DNA of 63,387 bases, filler included, from Chiloscyllium plagiosum (taxonomy: Eukaryota): NCBI RefSeq assembly GCF_004010195.1. It is 3 parts of 3 records of this genome, joined end to end, with 100 filler letters (N's around TTAATTAATTAA, not from the genome) between each part and the next. Parts side by side here need not be neighbours in the genome. Positions count along the whole stretch, not along the records: positions 27,938 to 51,163 come from NC_057748.1; 2 more parts are not named here. One strand, written 5' to 3'. Numbering within the stretch: the stretch's first letter is position 1; every line of letters starts with the position of its first letter. Below, one piece after another: positions 34,780 to 46,419 of the stretch. Made by a program: the position numbers and the translations under genes. The notes below the pieces were generated by a model. That model saw only the letters and a program-made list of their open reading frames with translations, was not told the origin of the DNA and searched no databases.

Positions 34780-36640
34780 GTTTGGGAATTTGAAGAGGAG
34801 AGGTAAGTTGTTGAATAATAGATGATATCTTATTTCTTTGTTCTCCTCTTGTTAATCTTAGCTATGTTATTAAAACAGTTGTTTTGCCATTACTGATAAA
34901 GCTCGAAGTGAATTCATTTGTTCTGAGTAACACTCAGTCATGCAAATTTCTCATTTTGACAATCTGAGTGGAATTTGACACATTCATACTTTTTTTAAAC
35001 TATTTGCAAAACAGAGCTGCGGGATTACTGATGAACTCTTTCAAGTGATGACATAGGGACCCATCCTGGGACCACTTCTGAAGTGCAGATGGGTTATATG
35101 CACGGTTATCCTATGGAAATCCCAATGTAAGAGACTCTGAAGGAATTGCTGAAATGTCTGAAGTCTCCAAAGCTATCTGGTTAAGAATTCAATGGGTACA
35201 ACTGGCATTAAGAAAGTAGTTTCAAAATGTCTCGCTACTAAAATCCTATTTTAACGCCAAAGTAACCATTCAACTGACAAGCAATGCACCTTGCACTCCC
35301 TCGTAAATGCACAAACTCTTTACACCCACACATACAGTGAATCCACACCCCACTTCCCCCGGTTCCAAAATACAAAGATTCTGGACTCAACCATCCATGT
35401 CACACTATCTAATACTCACTTTCCCCACACCCATCACAGCTGTCTACATCCCTTCGCCAGCCCCCATCCCCATCGCCAGGCCTGACAGCAAACTTTGTAG
35501 TTGGAACCAATACACCCCACCTCAGATTTTGACCCGTCTCCCCTTGCCCCACCCCTTTGAGATCAAAATCTCCTTAGCCCCCCCAAGACCTGACACAAGC
35601 CCCCACTCTCCCTACCCCAGTCCTCTTGGCTGGGACGATATCGACACACACCTACTTGCTCCACCACTGATGCTCAGTGGCAATATTTTTGTTCTCTTCT
35701 GAAAGTGTTCCACTCATTGTATCTGTTTCGGTGATTGTTAAATTTAGTTGGAAAAGAATTCATTTTAATCATATCCAAATATATATGATGTGAACCTCCT
35801 GGCTGACACAATAGAAGATCGACACTGTTTATTATTGCCTTGATCGTGAGAGCTCACAGAAGACAAAATTAAACTTAACCATTTGACTTGCTCATTAATG
35901 TATTGGAATTGATATTGCAAGCAATGCTCAACTGAGACTAGACAAATATTACACAATGAATGAAATGAAGAATTTATGTCCTTAGATTTCTGTAATAGGA
36001 TTTTATAATATTAGGGTTTACACTGAAGCTGACAATGTTATTTGGGGTTAAAGGATGCTATAGCTATATCAGTGCATTAAACGATGACCATGTTCAGAGG
36101 ACTTGTGAAGACAATCAGATTAGGTTGTTGATAGAAGTTTAAAGTTGTTCATGTAATGCTGTTTGAGAAGAAATTATGTTACAAGGTGGGGTGAGGACAA
36201 ACTATTGGACAGAGATGTCGAGAAGGACTGACCTTCATGGCAACCTCAGCTGATATGCAAATTGAATTACTATCACTCTGCATCACAAACCAGCTGCCAA
36301 GCCAAGTGATCTCACCTATTCCACACCCCTCCCCCGAATCAGATTGTACATCCAACTGAATTAATGCCAGTCTAATTGTTTAATCAAAAAATCATGTTCA
36401 GGTTTTTGGAGTTTTGTAAATTAATACCAGAGAGAATTATATGATATTCGTATGGAATTGTCTGAGCTGTTGTAATCTGTTCTTTTCGTCATACCAAGCT
36501 AACTTGGAAAATAAATGTCAGAAGTATGCCTTCCCTGTGGAGATATCGCTGAGTATAAACACTCTGGGAAAATAGCATTTCAGAGCTTCCGTTATAGAGA
36601 TTGCTTTGAGCAGGGAAGGAGGAGTTTATTCCCAGAGAAA

Positions 36641-36707
36641 ATGCATCTTCTCAGGCAATCAATTGCAAAAATATAACATACAATCCTTGCAATGGTTGGT
36701 GTCCCTG
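36641..36707 (+). pseudogene. GPR139-like GPCR exon 1 with in-frame stop
   Basis: MHLLRQSIAKI*HTILAMVGVP G|gtaagt; TAA at 36674-36676. Confidence 0.75.
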
Positions 36708-37540
36708 GTAAGTGACCATTACCATTGAAGTTGCATCGATTTGCATCAGGGAAGGTTTCTGCTTTTGTGAGGGAGAATGTTGTACATTTTATTACTAAAA
36801 CTAGTCATATCGAGACATTGTTCAGAGAAGTCAATGCATTATTTGTCGTTCTATGTGGCGTCAGCACTTTTTGATCACTTGCCTCAACTAAAAGAAAGAC
36901 TCTGTGGTTCACAGGCTTGATGAATTATAGGAGTATCAAAGGCTATTGGGATAATGTTACGAAACATAGGACATAGAATCAGGGTTTGGTCCTTTGAACT
37001 TGCTCCTCCTTTCAATGTCATCATGATTGCACATTCAACTCAGCTCTCACTTGCTCCCCCAATATTCTTTGATCCCTTTAGAGCTATATCTACATCCTTC
37101 TCAAAGGCATTCAATGTTTTGGCTTCAAATATTTTCTGCAGCCGAGATTTCCACAGACTTAGTACTCCGAGTGAAGACATTTCTCCTCATCTCAGTCCTA
37201 TCTTGTATCATTAGACTGTGAGCCCTGGTTCAGGACTCCATCAGGAGCATTCCTCCTGCATTTATCATGTTAGAACTTTGTGGGTTGATCTCAGCGAGTT
37301 GTCTTAATCAGAGTAGAAGGAGGTTTCCCTATTACCGTTGATGGATTGAGTGCTGGGACACCTTCAAACGAGAGCAGAGATAATTGTCAGGCAATGGTTT
37401 ACTTTCGCATAAAATAAACTGGGTCCATGAGAGCCTCCCATGCTGAAGCATAGTTCAAATCTGTTGTCACCCTCGCTTGCATAACGTTTTGAGTCAGCAC
37501 CAATGTTTCCTAACTCAGGCAGCAGTCAAAACTTTGTGAT

Positions 37541-37875
37541 GGGACACATGGTAGCTCAGTGGTTAGCACTGCTGCCTCACAGTGCCAGGAAACCGGCTTC
37601 AATTCCAGCCTCAGGCAACTGTCTGTGTGGAGTTTGCACACTCTCCCCGTGTCTGGGTGGGTTTCCTTCTTGTGCTCCGGTTTCCTCACAATCCAAAGAT
37701 GTGCAGGTCAGGTGAATTGGCCATGCTAAATTGCCCACAGTGTTCAGGGGTGTGTAAGTTAGGTGCATTAGTCAGGGGTAAATGTAGAAGAATGGGTCTG
37801 GGTTAGTTACTCTTTGGAAGGTAGGTGTGGATTTGTTGGGCTGAAGGGCCTCTTTCTGCACTGTAAGGATTCTAC
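37541..37875 (+). mobile_element. HE1-type SINE in the GPCR intron
   Basis: A/B boxes, core, HER1 tail. Confidence 0.88.
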
Positions 37876-38684
37876 AGAGGAATAACTTTGTGATTGTCCA
37901 CTGACACGAGGAAGGGTCTGGTTTCTAAGATGCGTGGGATGTAATATCTGTGCGTGGGGTAGGGTGTGCCTTATACCTGCAAGTGTCTGGGTACTTTGAG
38001 AGACCTCCTATTTGGAGAGAATGCTCCAAATTCCTTCTGGTGACGATTAAAAACTTCCTCAATTATGGTCCTAGTTTTGACTTTTTTTCAGGCGAGTAGA
38101 TAGAGTCATATCAATATTGCCTAACCTGTGGAATTTACTTTTCAAGAGTTTTCCCACAGCTACACTTGTCTGGACATCTCTGGATATTTACAATGATATC
38201 TTGTCCGAAGCAAGATTATGCAATTCCAATCCAGAGGTATAGCCCAGTCCAGAGGTCTGTCTTAATTTCAGAAATGCTCTATATCAGCATGGTACTTTAG
38301 ATCTATAGAATGTTCCCTAGTTTGTGAGAAGTCCTCTGCCTCTGGGAAATGCCCTGCCTCTGAGAGCTGAACTCCTTTCTTGGGAAGTGGTGCAAGTCAT
38401 GATTGTGGGTCTTCTAACTTGAGCAGTGAATACAGTCCCAGATTTTCTGAATTCTATTGTGCCTTCTTATCCATTTCTTGCCAGGTGCTGGGTAGCTGGT
38501 CCAGCTTTCTTAAATTGCTAAATTGGAGGGAGACTGAGGCTGTTGTTGAGATTTTTTAACTTTTGAACATCTGATACCAATCCACTGGTTTTTAATGTTG
38601 TATTTCATCTCTAATTGTCTGGGCGCAAATATCTGGAATGCGATGATTCCCAGTTCTCAAATGTTTCTCTCTTCTGGTTTGCAG

Positions 38685-39619
38685 TTAATTTGATATCGAT
38701 TGTGATCCTGGCCCGGGAAAACTGTGGTCTCTCTAACTGCACCATTCGCTATCTGGTAGCTATGGCAGTAGCAGATTTCTCTGTCATTATCACTGAGGTT
38801 ATATTAAGACAATTCAATTGGTATTATTTCCCAGTATGTTTCCTGGACATCACCCCTGTGTGCCGCATCCGCTATATCCTCATGTATGCAGCAAGAGACT
38901 GTTCAGTTTGGTTCACGGTCACTTTCACCTTCGACACATTTGTTGCTATTTGTTCTCTCAGGCTGAAGAGAAAATGTTGCACTGAAAAAACTGCAACCAT
39001 AATTCTTGCAACAAGCTGTATTCTGTTCTGTTTAAAAAACATCCCTTACTACTTTGTATATGAGCCTGGGAAAATCATTAACAATGTCCCCTGGTTATGT
39101 AATGTGAAATCAAGCTATTATGCAGAGGCCGCATGGGTGGCATTTGACTCGTTTGCTGCGGTTTTAAGCCCATTGCTCCCGTTTGCTTTAATACTTTTGT
39201 TCAACTTTCTAACTGTTCGACACATTTTGACAGTCAGTCAGGTCTACAAGGCCCTAAGGGGTCAAACGAAAAGAGGGAATCCCAGTGACCCAGAAATGGA
39301 AAACAGAAGGAAGTCTGTGATTCTACTTTTTGCTATATCAGGAAGCTTCATACTTTTGTGGCTGGTGTATGTCTTACATACCTTTGATATTGCAGACCGA
39401 TTAGATCGTGATTCATTTTACACCTTCGGGCAAATTGGATTCATGCTGTCTAATTTAAACACCTGCATTAATACATTTATCTATGTGACAACTCAGTCCA
39501 AATTCAGAGGTCATTTCAAAAGCATGATGAAATATCCGCTTACATTGACCATTCAATTAATCAATGCATCAAACAGAAGATGGCAAACCAAACACCCAGC
39601 AGATACAAGCAAGCTGTGA
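38685..39619 (+). CDS. GPR139-like rhodopsin-class GPCR, exon 2 (end of TM1 to TM7, open frame)
   Basis: ttgcag|TT acceptor in phase with exon 1; YLVAMAVAD, CSVWFTVTFTFDTFVAIC, DPEMENRRKS, NTCINTFIY, QSKFR. Confidence 0.9.
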
Positions 39620-39695
39620 AGTCAACAGGATCAAAGCTAAGGGGCATGATGAGATTTATAGGTATTGAGAAATGAAAAGACTTTGTTCTGAGCAG

Positions 39696-41530
39696 TGTGA
39701 CAACGCTAGGGCTTTGAAAGGTGTATTTTGTCCTTTTTTTTGAGGAGAAGTTATAAAACAAAGGTTATGAGTTGTCTGTTTAGATCCAATAAAGTGAATA
39801 CTTTGTGAGGCCTTGGGCTATGTTCTAAGTTGGAACAATAGAAGTAGTCTAAATGAAAGGTGCAAACTCCCACAGAAACAGGATTTTTAGCTTTACTTTT
39901 TCAGTTGCAATTACTGGGTCTTAAACATAGGTTGAAGCTGCAGTATATCTCTCCATGCTGCTCTCTCTCAGAGTTTTCTATTGATGTTTTTCTTCTTGCT
40001 GCAGGTGTTGCATGTGAGACAATGTATCTTTCTGAACTTGTCTTTTGTCAGGTGTTTGTTTATGGGATATTACTGAATTGAAACAGGTACTGTTCAGTAG
40101 TAAATAAAAAAATCTATCATTCTGTTTCGTGTACCAATGGAGTTATTCGAATTTCTTTCCTATTGTTGTATTTCAGCAATAGTGTATGAATAAAGTGTGT
40201 TTTGCCTAACATCAAGGAAGTTTAACCAATCCAATTGCATCTGGAACACAACACCTTACATGTATCTTTAAAATAAGAAAAAGTTGGGGTCTAGAGTATG
40301 CTCGGAATATATTTTGAAGGCTTTTAGTCTGGTCTATAATAAATTGGGAGTTCTTGCCAGGATCAAAATTTCTAATTCCAAGTTGGGTTGAGGATTGTTG
40401 GACTCAACGACAGTGAGCAAAATGTTTGGTGTGTTTTATACATAATGAGTGTTGAATTCGGTTGATTTAAACAAGGCCTTGGGTAACAATGCCTCTTTCA
40501 TTCACTCAGAGTCTTCTAGGAGTCAAAGAAGTCACTTCTGGATTTTCATGGAAAATGATCAAGGCAAACTTTGGAATTGGGGCTGCTTGTGTCCAAAAGG
40601 AAATCGGAAATAATTGTGGCAATCATGCAGCATTTACAATTGGCAGGAATGCCATCAGAATCTTTGGAAATGGCTAAATTATAATTGAAACGGAAGCGTT
40701 TGAATATGAAAGGGAAAGGCAATTGTGATTGTGATTAAAAGCAGTGGAAGGCCTTAGCAGAAGAAAGGAAGAAAAGGAGAATACTAAAGTTGGGATAAAA
40801 GAATGCCATTTTTTTCAGTAAGGGATGCACCTAATGAATCTACCAAATTCAGCCCACTTGAATTAGCTTTTGGCCATGAGATGAGAGGACCACTGAAATT
40901 AAGGAGAACATGGTGAGTCAGAGTTCAGAGGCTACACATTTGGACTATGTGTTAAATTTTAGGGAAAGATTAAATCGAGTAGGTGAGTTGGTGAGACAGC
41001 ATTTGAAAATAGCACAGCATATGATGAAAGAGTAAGCAGGCAACCAATCAAAAACTTGGCATTTTGCTAATGAATATAAAGTACAGAGTATTGGTGTTAA
41101 TTCCAGTGCCATGTGTACTTTTGAGGGCAAGGATCGGTGGCCTAATCAAATTTAAAGGAAATTGAGTGAGGTGAACTACTTGATAAGAATACCAGGTAGA
41201 AAGAACTCTCTGGGTTTCTTTTGTGCCATGTGAATGTGCTCAAAGGTATTTTGATGAGGAAGTAAAGCAAAAGGAGAGTGTTGTATTGGCTACAGTGAAA
41301 CGTGAAGAACGAAGTTCAGATGATTCAGAATTGGACATTCCTCAAATTAAACAGGACAATGAGAAAGTTCTCAAAAATTCGGATAAATTACTGAGTTACC
41401 TTCCTGAATAAAATCAAAATGACCTGGAACAATTGTTAAAATTACGTGGAGAGACACGTGGGATTACTCTGGGAAGTGCTAATCTAATTACTCATGCTGT
41501 TCCAGTTAAGCAACATCCTGACAGATTTAA
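39696..41530 (+). mobile_element. Gmr1-like Gypsy element: 5' LTR (39696-40342), PBS, deleted gag, IN C-terminus, RT start
   Basis: PBS-Pro-like TGGGAGTTCTTGCCAGGAT at 40345-40363; APNESTKFSPLELAFGHEMRGPLK; LSEVNYLI..CHVNVLK; PVKQHP downstream of IN. Confidence 0.8.
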
Positions 41531-42239
41531 AAGGGTTGTGAATCCATGGAGTTCGTTGCAGCAGAATGCAGTGGACGGCAAGCTGCTGATTAAATGTAAG
41601 GAGGGATTAAATCGATTTTGAAGTAAAGATTTGTTAAAATTTTATTGGGAGCAGGGCAGCCAAGTGAAGTGAAGGTCGGCATGGGATAAATCATTATTTT
41701 ATTGAATAGTGCAACATGCTCAAGTGTTTGACCGGTCTACTCATGTTCTAATGTTCAAGATCTCCTATGAGGGAAAGATGTGAGCGATGGTCAACTGGAC
41801 AGTAATGGCGTGGAAAATTGGAAAACAGAAATAAGACGTGAGCTAAGGGGCGAACAGTGATGTTTAGCTTGAGATTATTGACGAGAGGTCGAGAACATTC
41901 TCAGCAGTGGTGACCCACTCTCAGGAAGTGGCAACGAGAGGGTTGGACTAGTCAACATGAAGTGTCAGGTATTGTCATTTGCTGGGACAAAGGTTTGTAC
42001 TTGGCAGCATATTACAGTCTTAATCCAAAATTTCACTGAATTAAAATTCCAACATCTGCTGCGATGTGATGTAAACCCGCATCCGTGGAGCATTACCTGG
42101 GTTTCTGTGTTAACAGAATAGCATTAATACCACTACACCATCACTTCCACTATAGTATGCAGATTTCGATCACCCGTTGAGTTTTTGTGGTCCATTTGTC
42201 TATGCGTTTGCTCATCTGTCTTACCCTCTGTCAAACACT

Positions 42240-42335
42240 CTGTCTCTGTCTGTGTCTCACCCTTCTCTTGCTCTCCCTCTCTCTCTCTCTCACTCTCACT
42301 CTCTCCCTCTCTCTCCCTCTCTTTCGCTCTGTCTC
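42240..42335. repeat. (CT)-rich simple repeat
   Basis: Imperfect CT runs. Confidence 0.85.
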
Positions 42336-42614
42336 GCCATCACACCCCTCCTCCCCATTTTGGAACGTTTATGATTGTGCATCACGTCATCTGAATAAAG
42401 ATTCTGATTGATAATATGTGAAAGACCTCAAGAAGTGCCTTATTATTTTAATAGAGTTATAAATACAAATGCGTATCACTGTTTCCTGCTCTCTGCCACT
42501 GACTCATTGTTTATAATTTTCCCTTATTTCACTCAGTCTGAATTATAACTGAATTATTTCTTTCTTTCCCTCTGCATGTATGTATCTATCTATCTATGTA
42601 TCTCTCTCTCTTTC

Positions 42615-43298
42615 TAGAACATAGAACATTACAGTACAGGCCTTCGGTCCTCGATGTTGTGCCGACCTATGAACCAGTCTCAAGTCCATTTATCTTACAC
42701 TACTCCATTTTCATCCATATGGTCATCCAATAACCATTTAATTACCCTTAAGGTTGGCAAGTATACTAATGCTGCAGGAAGAGTGTTCCATGCCCCTACT
42801 ACTCTCTGAGTAAAAAAACTACCTCTGACATCTTTCCTATATCTATCACCCCTCAATTTAAAGCTATGTCCCCTCGTGCTAGCCATCGCCATCCAAGGAA
42901 AACGTCTCACACTGTCCACCCTATCTAACCCGCTGATGGTCTTATTTGTCATAATTAAGTCAACCTCTCAACCTTCTTCTGTCTAACGAAATCAGCCTCA
43001 AGTCCCTCAGCATTTCCTCATAAGACCATCCCTCCATACCAGGCAACATTTTTAGATTTAATTACTTACAGTGTGGAAACAGGCCCATTGGCCCAACAAG
43101 TCCACACCGACCCGCCGAAACCCGGGTCTCTGGCGCTGTGAGGCAGCAGTGCTAACCACTGAGCCACCGTGCCGCCAACCTGGGCAACCTCCTCTGAACC
43201 CTTCCCAAAGCTTCCACATTCTTCCTATAATAAGGTAACAAGAACTGCATGCAATATTCCAAGTGTGGCCACAGCAGAGTTTTGTACAGCTGCAGCAT
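42615..43298 (-). mobile_element. CR1 LINE 3' end with an internally deleted HE1 SINE (about 43053-43157)
   Basis: STRGHSFKLRG..FFTQRVVGAWNTLP; tail ..GTTCTATGTTCT. Confidence 0.88.
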
Positions 43299-43639
43299 CT
43301 CTCTTACTTTTAATAGAGTTATAAATACAAGTAGGTATCGCTATTTTCTCCTCTCTGCCACTGACTCATTGTCTATCAATTTTTCGACTCAATTATAACC
43401 GAATTCTCTCTCACACACACACACCCAGTCACGCACACACATACACACACTCACGCCCACATCCTCTCTCTCTCCTCTCTTCTCGCACACCACCACCCTC
43501 CCCCCACCCATCTCAGGGTCCATGGGCATGCCTTTAATCTAACTTTTTCTTGTGCTTGTTTCTCTCATGAGTTAGAGGGTCTGGATAATAGCTATTGAGA
43601 TTAACAAGACTTGCAGAGCAATGTGCAGGGATAATGCGA

Positions 43640-44180
43640 TTGCACTGGAGGGGCTGCAGAGGTGATTCACCAGGATGTGGCCTGGGATGGAGCAGTCTCA
43701 CAGAATCGTGGAATGATGCAGTGCAGATGAGGCCCTTGAGCTTGCATTGTCAAAAAATACATTGAGCTTTACAAATCTATGAAAAGAGCTTGGATTGGCT
43801 CGGGTTGTTTTCTGTACAGCAGAGAAGGCAGAGACATGTCCTGATATGAATGTTTAAGATCATGATGGCTATAGACAGGGTGGACAGACAGCGGCTACAT
43901 ACATTAGTCGAAGGGATAATAATGAGGTGTCTTACTTTTAAGATAGGAAGAAAGGCAGGAGGTTTAGAGGTAATTTGATGGCTTGTTTTCACCCAGAAGG
44001 CAGTAGGATGTCTGAAATACACTGCCTGGGAGCGCAAGAGAGGCCAGAAAGATATACCTTTTACAACAAAGTACATGGATGAGTACTTGGGACAAAGTGA
44101 CAGAAAGAGGAATTAGTGTGGATAGGTCAGTGCTGCCTGGATGGGCCGAGGAGACACATCCGTTCTGCATGACTCTATAA
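43640..44180 (+). mobile_element. Degenerate CR1 3' end
   Basis: ALEGLQR*FTRMWPG remnant and CTGCATGACTCTAT tail. Confidence 0.7.
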
Positions 44181-45539
44181 CGTCTGATCTTTCAAACGTG
44201 AGGCTCTCAGTCAGCAGTAGTTTAAAGAGAGGGAGGGGAGATTATACAGGTGGAGTGAGATGAGGCAACTGGAAATGTGGTTTAACTGAGGATGAGGGGA
44301 ACTGAAGAAGAAGGGAGCTGAACATGAGGGTTAAATGAAGATGAGGGGTAATGCAGTTATGGGTAACTGAAGAAGAGGGGAGATTAAGGTGAGGATTAAC
44401 GGAAGATATGGAGAACTGAAAATTAGGGGAAATGAAGATGCGTGAAGGTAAGGGCCAACTGCAAATGAGGGATACTGGTGATGTGCAGAATTAAAGGTGA
44501 GGTGAGGGATGAAAATCTTATTCTCATGAATTGGTTTCAAGCAGTTTCCAGTGTAAGAGGAGAAGTGACAGTCAAAAAGTGTAGGGTGGAATTCCAAATG
44601 TTCTGGCTGATGGTAGATCAAGTAACAGATTGCAAGGACAATGGGTTTAGCATCTGGATATCAAACAGCCTTAAATAGTTAAGGTGAATATATCTGAGAG
44701 GTATCTAGAGCTGGGAAATTAATGACTGAAGATAGTGGGTGGAGAGGAGGAGGGGGTGTATTGCAAATGGTTTGATTCAAACTAAAGGAGGACATTTTAA
44801 ATATACTTGCCTGGGAACCAGTGTTGAGCAGAGATATAGTTTGGATGGGCTATGGATTGGGCAGGGAAACATGCTGCCTAGTTTTGAATCACTTTATTTG
44901 GTGGAATTTGTCAAGAGCCTACAGGACGAGGTTGAGTGTATCAGCAGTGAGGTGGGTGATCTGCTAGAGGTAGGGATGCGCGAACTCATTGATCAGTTCC
45001 ATTGGGAACTTAAAAGATCGGCTGGGATTTTGGCCTGACCTCCGGTTGTGGACAGACAATTGCAAACACAGACATTGAGGAAAGAGGGGAGTGAATTCAC
45101 TGAGCAGCTATCAATCCAAGTTACTGGCATTGCCTGATCCTTCCCTGCAACTACTCCCTTGCCCTACTGTCTCCCGTGCTAAATCGCGCAGCTGCATGTT
45201 TCCAGACATGATCCGCAGTGTCTGATGAGAGAAATACAACAGAGTGGTTGCATTATATTTTATTCTTCCGTGGGATGTGGCTGGGTTAGCATTTATTCAC
45301 AGAGGGCAGTTCAGTGTCAACCATACTGCTGTGGGTTTGAAGACACGTGTAAACCAGATGAGGTAAGGACAACAGATTTCCTTTCTTAAAGTTAATTAGT
45401 GAAACAGATATTTCTGTTTCAAGCAATTATTATTCCATGATCTTCATTAAACTCTAATCCCAGGTTTTTTTTTATATTGAATTCAAATCATCGTCTGCTG
45501 TAGCAGGATTTGAACATGAATTGCCCACCTCATTAGGCT

Positions 45540-45985
45540 TTATACTTAAATGTCATTCATCCAGCCTCAGAATAGCAACTTGACTTTCTAGAGCAGCCCC
45601 AATGTAAATTTTCAGTTGTCAGTTGGTGTTTTACATCTAAAGTAGGGAGGCATTCTTCTCACACAAAAGATAATGTACCTTGAACAATGTCAACAGACTT
45701 TATCGGTGTCATATTTAGATTTCACTTTCGGGCAGCAAATTGATCAAAGATGAAGCTAATTACGAACCAGACACATCAGTTGCTGGCTGCCAAAGTCAGG
45801 ATATAGATGATGCTGCGCACATGGGTGAGGTCGAGCACAGACATTGAGAAATAATAAATGATGATTTGCCTCAGCATAAACTCAGTAATAATGACAAGTA
45901 TTCTGCAGTTATCAGGTAATGAATGATGCAATTGGAGAGGCCACACATATTTCACAGAAGGAGCATAATTACCATTAAAAACATG
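45540..45985 (-). pseudogene. Heavily decayed GPR139-like exon 2 fragment
   Basis: MCGLSNCIIHYL / LVIITEFMLRQIIIYYF..LDLTHVRSIIYIL / CVWFVISFIFDQFAA / LHWGCSRKSSCYSEAG aligns to 38685-39140; stops and frameshifts. Confidence 0.8.
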
Positions 45986-46419
45986 CAAGAAAGGGAGAAA
46001 CAGAAAATAAAACGCTGAAAGCTATTCAGCAAACCTTTTTGATGTCTGTGTCTCCACGAAGAGAATCCTAGTAATTTAACAAAAAAAGCCAATTTTTAAC
46101 CTACCATATTATCAAATACTGTGATATATGGGTTTCAGTGATGGTATGATGTTAGGTATATCGGCTGTATGTCCCACAGGCTGGTAGACCATATCATACA
46201 ACCCATCTCATTGACTTTTTCAGAGGGTGGGACAAAGCAGGACTCTGTACTGGACAAAAAAGAATGCATGTGTAAGAGAGAGGGGATGTCTGCGAAACAG
46301 AGAGCTTGCCTGTGAGAGACAGTGTCATTGTGTGGGAGAGACTGTGAGTGCGTGTGAGAGAGTGCAAGCAAGAATATGTGTGGTGACAGAGACAGATTGC
46401 GAGAGCATGTGTACATAGA

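Noticed and set aside
38615-38684. ORF-track N-terminus of the GPCR (MSGRKYLEC...)
   Set aside because: Intronic polypyrimidine/acceptor region; the true exon 1 is at 36641-36707
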